Both the position numbers and the translations under genes were made by a program. Below the pieces are notes generated by a model. That model did no database searches. It saw only the letters and a list, made by a program, of their open reading frames with translations, and was not told the origin of the DNA. This document shows positions 16,260 to 25,185 of a stretch of 64,000 nucleotides of DNA, piece after piece (positions within the stretch are counted from its first letter, which is position 1; each line of letters begins with the position of its first letter). The stretch is from a bacterium. GTDB taxonomy: Bacteria > SAR324 > NAC60-12. The stretch spans positions 736,001 through 800,000 of the forward strand of contig CBDDTI010000746.1 in NCBI GenBank assembly GCA_965233585.1, written 5' to 3'.

Positions 16260-18314
16260 ATGAAAAATAATTGGAATGCTGAAGAAGCAAAAGAATACAT
16301 CAAAAAGTATGAACAACAGGGTTGCAACACAGACCTTGCCATCAGAGTTTATACTTCAAGACTTTTGGGAAGAGAACACAAGATGATTTTGCATGGAGGA
16401 GGCAACACCTCCGTTAAGACCAATGTTAAAGACATTCTAGGTCGTGATGTGAAAGTGCTGTGTGTCAAAGGAAGTGGTTGGGACATGGGTGTCATTGAAC
16501 CCGAAGGACTGCCTGCCGTCAGGTTAGAGCCTCTTTTGGAATTTCGTGTGCTAGACGCACTTTCTGATGAGGACATGGTGAATTGTCTCCGCACTAACTT
16601 AATGAATAGTGCCTCTCCTAATCCTTCAGTTGAGACTCTACTCCATGCCTTCCTTCCCCACAAATTTATTGACCACACCCATTCATCAGCAATCAATAGC
16701 ATCAGCAACATGCCCAATTATGTTGAGGTTTGCCAAGAAATCTATGGTCAAGACATGGGAACTGTGGACTATATCATGCCGGGTTTTGCCCTTGCCAAGT
16801 CTGCAATGAATGCTTTTGAGTCAAGCCCTCACGTCAAAGGGTTGTTGCTTCAGAATCATGGCATTTTTACTTTTGCTGAAGATGGAAAAGAAGCCTATGA
16901 TTTGATGATAGAATACGTAAGTCGTGCAGAAGAGTTTTTGCAGAAAAATCGTCGGTCTGTGGTCTTTGAACAAAGGGCAATTCCTCAAGAGTTAGCTGAT
17001 GTTGCAGAAGTCGCTCCTGTCATTCGTGGGGCATTGGCTCAAAGTTTAGGTGAGGGCAGTTTTCAAAAATGGATTCTACACTTTAGAACCAATGAAACGA
17101 TTTTGCATTTTGTGAATGGCGAGGACGTCAAAGACTACGCAAGACGTGGACCTGCCACCCCAGAACAAGTCATTCGGATTAAGCCAAAGCCACTCATTGC
17201 ACCCGTTCCCCAAAAAAATCAACTCCAAGCCTTTGAAACAGAACTCAGGCAAGAAGTCGCAAGTTTCATTCAAGATTACCAAGACTATTTTCACAAACAC
17301 AATGCAAGATTTGATGGAATCAAAAAAATCTTAGACACCGCCCCGCGTGTGATTTTAGTGCCAGGAATGGGACTATTTGGAGTTGGAGAAACAGCTAAAG
17401 ATGCAAGGATTTCAGCAGACATGATAGAAAGTTTAATTGAGTCTATCACCGATGCAGAAGCTATTGGAGAATTTAGAGCGTTGTCAGAAGCAGACTTGTT
17501 TGACATGGAATACTGGTCGCTTGAACAGGCAAAACTTCACAAAAAAGCAGAAAAAGCATTGTCAAGACAGATTGTTGCCATCACAGGCGGTGCGGGAGTT
17601 TTGGGTCTGGCGATTGGTCAAGAATATGCCAAACATGGTGCAGAAGTTGCCTTGTTAGATGTCAGTGAATCTTCTCTAAGCAAAGCTCTTGAAAAGCTCC
17701 CTAGTGCCAGAAAATTCGTGTGCGATGTGACAAATCCTCAAAGCGTGAAAGACACCATGAATGAGGTGGTTTGCGAATTTGGAGGATTGGATATTTTGGT
17801 CTCTAACGCAGGTTCTGCATGGACGGGTTCTATTGCAGAAGTCAGCGAATCCGTTTTGAAAGAGAGTTTTGAGCTGAATTTTTTTGGACATCAAAGAGCC
17901 TCGCAAGCCGCTGTTGCCATTTTCAAGAAACAAAAAACGGGAGGACTCCTTTCATACAATATCTCTAAACAAGCAATCAATCCGGGTCAAGATTTTGGTC
18001 CTTACGGTCTGGCTAAAGCCTCTTTGATGTTTTTGATGAGACAATACGCCTTAGAATGCGCTGCTGATGGCATCAGAGCCAATGGAGTCAATCCAGACCG
18101 CATTCGGAGTGGTCTTTTGACTGATGCCATGATTCAAGAAAGAGCCAAAGCCAGACAAATGACAGAACAAGATTACATGAAAGGCAATCTTTTAAAGCTG
18201 GAAGTGCTAGCCAAACATGTTGCCAAAGCATTTGTGGATCATGCCTTAGCCCCAAGAACTACGGCTGACATTACGACTGTTGACGGTGGTAACATTGTGG
18301 CAACCTTGCGTTGA
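16260..18314 (+). CDS. Bifunctional class II aldolase/short-chain dehydrogenase (RhaD-like fusion)
   Basis: HGGGNTSVK, KGSGWD, PSVETLLH, DHTH, NHG; C-terminal SDR with TGGAG and YGLAK. Confidence 0.92.
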   Translation: MKNNWNAEEAKEYIKKYEQQGCNTDLAIRVYTSRLLGREHKMILHGGGNTSVKTNVKDILGRDVKVLCVKGSGWDMGVIEPEGLPAVRLEPLLEFRVLDALSDEDMVNCLRTNLMNSASPNPSVETLLHAFLPHKFIDHTHSSAINSISNMPNYVEVCQEIYGQDMGTVDYIMPGFALAKSAMNAFESSPHVKGLLLQNHGIFTFAEDGKEAYDLMIEYVSRAEEFLQKNRRSVVFEQRAIPQELADVAEVAPVIRGALAQSLGEGSFQKWILHFRTNETILHFVNGEDVKDYARRGPATPEQVIRIKPKPLIAPVPQKNQLQAFETELRQEVASFIQDYQDYFHKHNARFDGIKKILDTAPRVILVPGMGLFGVGETAKDARISADMIESLIESITDAEAIGEFRALSEADLFDMEYWSLEQAKLHKKAEKALSRQIVAITGGAGVLGLAIGQEYAKHGAEVALLDVSESSLSKALEKLPSARKFVCDVTNPQSVKDTMNEVVCEFGGLDILVSNAGSAWTGSIAEVSESVLKESFELNFFGHQRASQAAVAIFKKQKTGGLLSYNISKQAINPGQDFGPYGLAKASLMFLMRQYALECAADGIRANGVNPDRIRSGLLTDAMIQERAKARQMTEQDYMKGNLLKLEVLAKHVAKAFVDHALAPRTTADITTVDGGNIVATLR

Positions 18315-18370
18315 TCATATCAAAATAACGATTGCATCAAAATCACTTTTACAAACATCAAAAACACTCT

Positions 18371-19429
18371 ATGACTGACGCATCTACAAGGCTGCCTCAA
18401 AGCTACGAAAAGTTTCTTGGGCTTTCTGCAAAAGTCGGAAGCAATCCTGATTTAGTTCAAGCTGCAGGAGGCAATACCTCTATCAAAACTGATGATGACG
18501 TGAATCCAATCCTTTGGATTAAAGCATCTGGCACTTGGCTTCAAGATGCCGAACGCAAAAATATCATGGTGCCTTTACACTTCAAACCACTGCTTCATGC
18601 CATTGAACACGAACTTCCTGAAGCAGAGCAAGCAAAGAATTTTGTTGCCTCACCTCAAACCAGCTTAAAGCCATCTATTGAAACGGTCGTTCATACGCTC
18701 ATGCCCCAAAAAGTTGTTTTGCATGTGCATTGTATCCAAACGATTGCATGGTCTGTTTTAAAAAATTGCAAAGAGCTTTTGACTCCGATTCTCAATGACT
18801 TCAAATGGGCGTATGTTCCTTATGTTCGTCCGGGAATGAACCTTGCTCGTGCCATTCAAAAACATAAAAACTCTGACACCAATGTTTTGATTTTAGGAAA
18901 TCATGGTTTAGTCGTTGCTGCAGAGTCTGTTGACGAAGCGGAAAATCTGCTGAACCAAGTGGTTTCAAAATTAAAAAAACCTCATCGCAATCTCTCTGCA
19001 ACATACAATTTAGAGAAATTGAATGCCATCATTCAAAAGACAGATTATCGCTTGCCAACTGATGAAGTTGCTCATCACACTGCTTTGAGTCAGGAGTCTT
19101 TAGACATTGCAACTCAAGGCTCGCTTTACCCAGACCATCTTGTTTTTTTGGGAAGAAACTTAAAAATTGCTCACTCTCAAAAAGAACTTCAAGAGCTGGC
19201 ATCTCATCACGACCAAGCACCTCCAAAGTTAGTGGTAATTCCTCAGGTGGGGGTAGTGTTACACCAATCTGTGATCCAAGGTGCTGACCAAATGGCACGT
19301 TGTCTTGCCGATGTTGTTTCTAGGTTGCAAGCCCATGAACAAATTCGTTACCTGAGCGAAGAAGAGGAACACCAAATTTTGAATTGGGACGAAGAGAAAT
19401 ACCGTCAATCTCTTGCGGCAAAAGTTTGA
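18371..19429 (+). CDS. Class II aldolase/adducin family protein
   Basis: QAAGGNTS, KASG, PSIET, HVH, NHG and LYPDH motifs. Confidence 0.88.
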   Translation: MTDASTRLPQSYEKFLGLSAKVGSNPDLVQAAGGNTSIKTDDDVNPILWIKASGTWLQDAERKNIMVPLHFKPLLHAIEHELPEAEQAKNFVASPQTSLKPSIETVVHTLMPQKVVLHVHCIQTIAWSVLKNCKELLTPILNDFKWAYVPYVRPGMNLARAIQKHKNSDTNVLILGNHGLVVAAESVDEAENLLNQVVSKLKKPHRNLSATYNLEKLNAIIQKTDYRLPTDEVAHHTALSQESLDIATQGSLYPDHLVFLGRNLKIAHSQKELQELASHHDQAPPKLVVIPQVGVVLHQSVIQGADQMARCLADVVSRLQAHEQIRYLSEEEEHQILNWDEEKYRQSLAAKV

Positions 19430-19454
19430 ATAAAGTTTAAACATTGAGAATTTG

Positions 19455-20750
19455 ATGAGCTTAGCTGTTGGCATAGACATAGGCACTTCTGGCGTCCGTT
19501 TGGTTGCATTAGACCCTCAACACCAAATTTATGGCAAAGGAGAGTGTTTGATGAGCGAGATTGGAGAGAATCATCGTTGTCCTCATCTTTGGTGGCAAGC
19601 TGTGCAAAGAGCATGGGAGCGATTATTAAAAACAGCGATTGAGCCAAGTGCTATCCAATCCATTGCAGTTGATGGCACATCAGGGACAATGCTTGCCATT
19701 GATGAGGAGGGAAATCCGTTGTGTGATGCACTGATGTATCACGATGCCATTGATGATGAAGACATCATGTCTGCCATTGCTCATTTTGCACCTCGGGAAA
19801 GTGCTGTCCATAGTCAAACTTCAGGGTTAGCCAAAGCCTTGTTTTTTTTGAAGAAGTTTAAAAATCATCATGGGCAACCTCGTTTGAAAAAAGTTTTGCA
19901 TCAAGCCGACTGGATTGCAGGAAAATTCATGGACAAATACTGCTGGAGTGATGCAAATAATGCCCTCAAAACAGGCTACTCTCCTGAAAAAGAGTGTTGG
20001 TCTCATTGGATTGAAAAAATTCAGATAGAAGGCAGCGATTTGTTTTCAATGCAGTTACTGCCTGAAGTGGTGAGACCGAGCGTTCCCTTAAGGAACGTTT
20101 CAAGGCAAATAGCAGATTCTTTCCAACTGAATCAAGAAGTGATGATGGTTGCAGGAACAACTGACGGTTGTGCATCGTTTTTAGCAACAGGTGCTAATCA
20201 AATTGGGGAAGCGGTTACAGCGTTAGGCTCAACACTTGTTCTCAAACAGCTTGTCCCAACGCCTATTTTCAACCCAGATTTTGGAATTTACAGTCATAGA
20301 ATTGGTGAAATGTGGCTTGCTGGTGGTGCGTCAAACACAGGTGGGCAGGTTCTTCAAAAATTCTTTGACACCCCTACAATTCAAAAACTTTCTCAGTCTC
20401 TCAATCCTCAAGAGTCAACAGGGTTGAATTATTACCCTCTTTGCAAGGCTGGTGAACGTTTCCCTATCAATAATCCGCAATTATCTCCACGCCTTGAACC
20501 TCGCCCCGCAAGTCATGCCAAATTTCTCCAAGCCATGCTGGAAGGGATTGCCCAAATAGAACAATTAGGATACGAACGTTTACAAGAATTGGGTGCGCCT
20601 GCATTGAAATCTGTCCGAACAGTTGGAGGAGGTTCAGCAAACGAGGCATGGACTCTCATTCGTCAAAAAATGCTCAACGTTCCTTTTGAAAACGCATTTT
20701 CTGAAGACGCCGCTGTCGGCACTGCTTTCCTCGCTTTAAAAGCGATTTAA
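19455..20750 (+). CDS. FGGY-family carbohydrate kinase (D-ribulose kinase-like)
   Basis: GIDIGTSGVR, DGTSGT, GTTDG, GGASNTGG and GERFP motifs. Confidence 0.9.
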   Translation: MSLAVGIDIGTSGVRLVALDPQHQIYGKGECLMSEIGENHRCPHLWWQAVQRAWERLLKTAIEPSAIQSIAVDGTSGTMLAIDEEGNPLCDALMYHDAIDDEDIMSAIAHFAPRESAVHSQTSGLAKALFFLKKFKNHHGQPRLKKVLHQADWIAGKFMDKYCWSDANNALKTGYSPEKECWSHWIEKIQIEGSDLFSMQLLPEVVRPSVPLRNVSRQIADSFQLNQEVMMVAGTTDGCASFLATGANQIGEAVTALGSTLVLKQLVPTPIFNPDFGIYSHRIGEMWLAGGASNTGGQVLQKFFDTPTIQKLSQSLNPQESTGLNYYPLCKAGERFPINNPQLSPRLEPRPASHAKFLQAMLEGIAQIEQLGYERLQELGAPALKSVRTVGGGSANEAWTLIRQKMLNVPFENAFSEDAAVGTAFLALKAI

Positions 20751-20780
20751 TTTTCTTTGGAAATGGTCTTCCAAAGGCAA

Positions 20781-21034
20781 CGTAGGAACAAACACTTGGG
20801 TTTGTGCTGTTTCTGAAAGAACGAGATTGCGGGTCAAGCCCGCAATGACCAAAGGCAAGCATGGATTCCTGCCTTCGCAGGAATGACCAAAGACACGTCT
20901 ACAAAATTCCTCTGTCATTCCGCACTTGATGCGGAATCTATCACCAAACTAAGCATGGGTTCCTGCTTTCTCAGGAATGAACAAACCCAGCATGGACTCC
21001 TAAACTTGACTGGATTCCTACCCCTGTTTTCACA
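20781..21034. repeat. Cluster of REP-like palindromes (GTC-tagged and GTAG-tagged)
   Basis: CGTAGGAACAAAC..GTTTGT (20781); GAGATTGCGGGTCAAGCCCGCAATGAC (20823-20849); GGATTCCTGCCTTCGCAGGAATGAC (20863-20887); GTCATTCCGCACTTGATGCGGAATCT (20914-20939); further degenerate copies. Confidence 0.85.
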
Positions 21035-21042
21035 GGCAGTGT

Positions 21043-21430
21043 TTACTTGGTATTGTTGTGATATTTTTCAAATCTTTTGTAGTCAAAGAAGAGTTTGAGA
21101 GAGTGATGGAACATGTGAAAAGTTTTAGAATGTCGTTTAGATTTTCTCATAAAGCGAGCAAGGTTATCCCTAATAGAAGAGTTTGAAGATTCAATGAGAT
21201 GAGTCTTGTCTTTGCCTATTTCATGCTTCTCTGGAATTTGAAGTTGTGCAAATGCCACTTGATAGCAAGAATTCGCATCGGTGTAAATCGTCTCTATCCT
21301 AGGTCGCTGTTCTTTGACGAGTGCATACAGCTTCTTGGCAGCTTCTAATCCTTTGCCTATCACAAAAGCAATCACGCATTGCTCTTGACGAGAATAAGCT
21401 GTCCAAACTGCTACTCTTTGGCTTTTTTTT
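21043..21430 (-). CDS. insB: IS1 InsB (DDE domain; -1 frameshift fusion with InsA)
   Basis: Open -1 frame from the A8 tract; IYTD, THLIESSNSSIRDNLARF motifs. Confidence 0.85.
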
Positions 21431-21752
21431 GAACAAAAGTATAGATCTCATCCATCTCTATACGATCTACTTGCTCTTTGAAACTTGCTGCTTCTTTTGG
21501 GAGTTGAGACACTCTAGCTTTTTTGATCCAGTTGAGAACTGAAGCTGGAGACACCTTGAGAAAACGAGCAATTTTTCTGATGCCTACGCTATTGACATAC
21601 ATCTCTAAGGCTTGACGCTTCGTCTCTAGTGGGATTCTCAACCCATTTGAAGTGAATGCTCTCTGACATGACTTGCAACGAGACCTTTGAACTCCTTTGT
21701 AACTTCCATTCTTCGTATAATTCTGACTCCCACAATGATGACAACTTCTCAT
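21411..21752 (-). CDS. insA: IS1 InsA (zinc ribbon plus HTH)
   Basis: CHHCGS...CKSC zinc finger, HTH GIRKIARFL, EMDE. Confidence 0.88.
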   Translation of the reverse strand: MRSCHHCGSQNYTKNGSYKGVQRSRCKSCQRAFTSNGLRIPLETKRQALEMYVNSVGIRKIARFLKVSPASVLNWIKKARVSQLPKEAASFKEQVDRIEMDEIYTFVQKKAKE

Positions 21753-21808
21753 AATTCATTCCTTAAATTCACTCCCACATGCAATGACAATACCAAGTAA
21801 ACACTGCC

Positions 21809-21940
21809 GAGGCAAAAGACCAGAAAAAAGGCATCAGCAAACAGTACTCCCGATGTCCCAACACCTTGCGTGAGGTTGAGCGTGTTCGCACCTAATTTTT
21901 CAATCCATCTGAAAGGAGAAAGCCATCGCAAAAATTTCAT
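21809..21940 (-). pseudogene. N-terminal fragment of an MlaE-like ABC permease truncated by IS1
   Basis: MKFLRWLSPFRWIEKLGANTLNLTQGVGTSGVLFADAFFLVFCL runs directly into the IS1 inverted repeat; resembles the MlaE N-terminal amphipathic helix. Confidence 0.5.
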
Positions 21941-22150
21941 GTTGCACAAAAGAGGTCAGCGTCATGTTGTCTCATTTCGTTTCATTATAGCTTAAATGAC
22001 CTGTAATAAAAACAACTAAGACCTTTGTAAAAGGTTCTTGTGGAGAAAGCCTGCAATAACAAAAGATAACAAAAAGATGACAAAATAACTCTCTTCGTTT
22101 CACTAGCAACAACGAAGGGACTAAATAAAGAATGGGAGAAAGGTCAAATC

Positions 22151-22177
22151 AAGAGTGCCAAATTTAGGCACTCTTTT
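22151..22177 (+). terminator. Hairpin followed by a T tract
   Basis: AAGAGTGCC-N7-GGCACTCTT followed by TT. Confidence 0.35.
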
Positions 22178-22331
22178 CAAAGAGTTTTAAAGATGAGGAA
22201 AAGAACAATGAAGGGAATCAGTCTTGGAACTTTAACAGATTTGACGTTAACAAGCCTCTGGTCTCTTGAAATTTAGTGAAAAAGAAGAGATTACAGGCGA
22301 GCGGTGACGAAAGTCCCTTCAAAATCCTTTA

Positions 22332-22620
22332 GTCATTCCATGCTTGACCCGCAATCTTTCTTAAACCAAGCACAGATTCCGACTGGATTCCTGCTTGCGC
22401 AGGAATGACAGTAGGAGTCATTCCGCACTTGATGCGGAATCTCAAAAAAAGTGAACGAAGAAGAAAAAACAAAGAAGATTGCGGGTCAAGCCCACAGGTG
22501 ACAGTGTTTTAAGAAGAATGAGATTGCGGGTCAAGCCCACAGATAACAGCGTAGGGACAAACCCGAGTGTTTGTTCCGTGTTTTAAGAAGAATGAGATTG
22601 CGGGTCAAGCCCGCAATGAC
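22332..22620. repeat. Second cluster of REP-like palindromes
   Basis: Copies at 22332, 22385, 22417, 22476, 22520, 22550 (GTAG type) and 22594; direct repeat GTGTTTTAAGAAGAATGAGATTGCGGGTCAAGCCC at 22504 and 22578. Confidence 0.85.
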
Positions 22621-23393
22621 GGCAGTGTTCACTTAGTGTTGACATGATATTTTTCAAGTCTTTTATAGTGAGAGAAGAGTTTGAGAGAGTGTTCCAGCAT
22701 GTCCAAAGTTTTAGAATGTCGTTTAGATTTTCTCATCAAGCGAGCTAGGTTATCTCTGATGGAAGAATTAGAAGATTCAATGAGATGAGTATTTTTTTTG
22801 CCTATTTCATGGTTCTCTGGAATTTGTCATTGAGCAAATGCCACTTGATAGCATGAGTTCGCATCGGTATAGATTGTCTTCATTCTAGGGCACTGTTCTT
22901 TGACTAGTGCATACAGCTTTCGCACAGCTACTAATCCTTTGCCTATCACAAAGGCAATCACACATTGTTCTCTACGAGAGTATGCTGTCCAAACAGCTAC
23001 TCTTTGACTTTTTTTTGAACAAAAGTATAGATTTCATCCATCTCTATACTATCTACTTGTCCATGGAAACTTGGTGCGTCTTTTGGGAGTTGAGACACTC
23101 TGGCTTTTTTGATCCAGTTGAGAACAGAAGTTGGAGATACCTGCACAAAACGAGCTATCTTTCTGATACCTACACTATTGACAGACATCTCTAAGGCTTG
23201 ACGCTTCATCTCTAGTGGGATTCTCAACCCATTTGAACTGAATGACCTCCCACATGATTTGCAAACATATCTCTGCACTCCTTTGTCACTTCCATTCTTG
23301 ATGTCATTCTGACTTCCACAATGATGACAACTTTTCATATCCATTCCTCAAATTCACTCTCACATGCAATAACAACAACAAGTGAACACTGCC
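22621..23393 (-). mobile_element. IS1-family insertion sequence, copy 2 (related to copy 1; insB inactivated)
   Basis: Inverted repeats GGCAGTGTTCACTT; 9-bp target duplication CGCAATGAC at 22612-22620 and 23394-23402; insA 22997-23344; in-frame TGA in insB at 22827-22829. Confidence 0.92.
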
Positions 23394-23444
23394 CGCAATG
23401 ACGGGGTAGTTGTCAAAAGTGAAGGAAAGCCAGCAAACCTCTCA

Positions 23445-23603
23445 GTCATTCCGTGCTTGACACGGAATCTATCTTAAACCAAGCATGGATTCCTGCCTTC
23501 GCAGGAATGACAGTAGGAGTCATTCCGTGCTTGACACGGAATCTCAAAAAAAGAAGTTGTTAGGAAGAAGACAAGGGAGATTGCGGAACAAGCTCGCAAT
23601 GAC
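23445..23603. repeat. Third cluster of REP-like palindromes (two inverted doublets)
   Basis: GTCATTCCGTGCTTGACACGGAATCT (23445, 23519) paired with GGATTCCTGCCTTCGCAGGAATGAC (23487) and GAGATTGCGGAACAAGCTCGCAATGAC (23577). Confidence 0.85.
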
Positions 23604-23608
23604 AGTAT

Positions 23609-24274
23609 TCAGGATTCCATTGCCTCCAGTTCTAGTGGTAGCGAAGAAGGAGTGATGACCTGTAATTCTCCCGCTTGTTCTTGAAAAAGATAAATACCTT
23701 CTTCTTCTGCCTCACTGATGAGTTCGTCATAAAAGACTTCTCCCGCTAACCCGCAATGAATTGTATAGTCTTGATACCTTGGAAACAATTTGGGGAAGGT
23801 CTCTTTCTGCCGAAGCACCTGTTGGAAATCTTTGACATGAGGCTTACGTTTGACCTCTATCAAAAGCAAATGTTTTGTTTTGCTGAACAGTACAAGGTCA
23901 TATTGAGCCGTGATGCCATTATCTTTCCCTTTGAGATTTTGTTCCACTTCGTCGTAGCGAATGCCTCCAATTTCAATGAAGCCATATTTTTCTATAACCT
24001 GTTCCACAGAACGGCACAGACGACTTTCTAAAATCTCCGAAGTATTGCTGATGAAGTTTTCCATCCTCTGAATGCCCCGCACCATGCTAGCAACTGCTGG
24101 TCTGAGTTCCTGAAGTTGCAAAGTCAGTTCTGCCAACTGCTTGCTGTTTTCTTCTTGGCGTTTTTTCAGCTCCTGCATGCCTTTGGCATTTTCAGAAAGT
24201 TGTGCATCAGTCTTTTCTTGTCGTTCAGCAATGCCCTCTAAAATTGCCTCAACCCTATCTAAACGTTCTGACAT
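23609..24274 (-). CDS. Coiled-coil plus PD-(D/E)XK nuclease-fold protein (DUF3782-like)
   Basis: Heptad N-terminus; QYDLVL...LIEVK motif; FPKLFPRY...GLAG...AEEEGIYL tail. Confidence 0.75.
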   Translation of the reverse strand: MSERLDRVEAILEGIAERQEKTDAQLSENAKGMQELKKRQEENSKQLAELTLQLQELRPAVASMVRGIQRMENFISNTSEILESRLCRSVEQVIEKYGFIEIGGIRYDEVEQNLKGKDNGITAQYDLVLFSKTKHLLLIEVKRKPHVKDFQQVLRQKETFPKLFPRYQDYTIHCGLAGEVFYDELISEAEEEGIYLFQEQAGELQVITPSSLPLELEAMES

Positions 24275-24365
24275 CTTGACTCCTTAAATTGAAGATTATT
24301 GAGTTTAAGCACCTAGCCTAGCAGATTTTTGAGAAAAAGGGAGAACAAAGCAGAGAAAAAATAAA

Positions 24366-25135
24366 GGCATTGTTAATTTAATATAGTTAATTGATGATTG
24401 AGCTTCAAGAACAAGAGTTTAAGAGAAAGTATCATCATGTCTTGAGATTTAGAATAGCATTTAGTTTTTCTTTTGAATCTAGCGAGGTAGTGTCTGATTC
24501 AGCTGTGATATCCTTCTATTGTATAGGTTTGCCTTTTGTCTTGAATATGTAGATGAGGAGGTAAGAACTCGCAGTAGCTTTTCCAATGGTCAGTATAAAA
24601 AGTCTCAACACGACTAGTCTTCAGAGCATCCCAGATCTTCAGACCTGTTTGAGTAGACCTGTCTCCACAGACAAAAGTGATAAATCGCTTTGCAAATCTA
24701 TCAACAGCAATCCATATCCATCTGTAGTTTTTTTTGAACCCACATAAGTATGAAGCTCATCCAATTCTACCACCTTGAGACCTGACCCTGATTCTTCTGG
24801 CACTAAATCTCCAACAGCTTGTGCATACTGCTTAATCCAGTTATAGACCGCAACATGAGAGAAATTCAATATCCGACCAATAGACCGATATCCTAAACCT
24901 TCAAGATACATTTGCAATGCCTTCTTCTTGATTGACTTAGAAGCCTCCTTTGAATTTCTTCTTTGCACTGTGAACCTATAAACACAGCGCTTACACTGGT
25001 ATCTTTGCTTGCCTTTGATCAAACCATCTTTGATTATACGATCATGGGAACACTTGGGACAACTGCTTAACATGTTTTTTGCCTTATTTCTGAAATAACA
25101 AAATGATACAATATCTATTTTAAATTAACAATACC
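24366..25135 (-). mobile_element. IS1-family insertion sequence of a different lineage (insB inactivated)
   Basis: Inverted repeats GGCATTGTTAATTTAATATAG / GGTATTGTTAATTTAAAATAG; insA 24639-25073; A8C slippery site; -1 frame reads ...EGYHS*IRHYLARFKRKTKCYSKS with TGA at 24499-24501. Confidence 0.88.
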
Positions 25136-25185
25136 TTCATCAAAAATGTTACTTTCAAACAGGATTGGTCTGAGTTCAAATCAAG

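Larger units (their letters stand above)
21035..21808 (-). mobile_element. IS1-family insertion sequence, copy 1 (apparently intact)
   Basis: 22-bp perfect terminal inverted repeats GGCAGTGTTTACTTGGTATTGT; insA and insB with an A8 slippery site (T8 at 21423-21430); no target-site duplication. Confidence 0.92.

Noticed and set aside
3350..16260. Integron cassette array as an explanation for the co-oriented foreign genes
   Set aside because: Only isolated core-like words (GTTAGGT at the 4252 stop, CATAACAAA near 10070); no paired attC palindromes and no integron integrase.
22151..22175. CIRCE heat-shock operator
   Set aside because: Arms are in the reverse order to TTAGCACTC-N9-GAGTGCTAA; better read as a simple hairpin.
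22114..22320. Long-range inverted repeat GAAGGGACT/AGTCCCTTC as a structured ncRNA or MITE
   Set aside because: Only 9 bp, with no other support or recognisable RNA family.
20781..23603. CRISPR array
   Set aside because: Repeats alternate in orientation, vary in stem sequence, have irregular and partly repeated spacers, and no cas genes are present.
22827..24501. TGA recoding (alternative genetic code) suggested by in-frame TGA in two insB genes
   Set aside because: Housekeeping genes such as acnA, glyQ and dapB end at TGA at their expected lengths.
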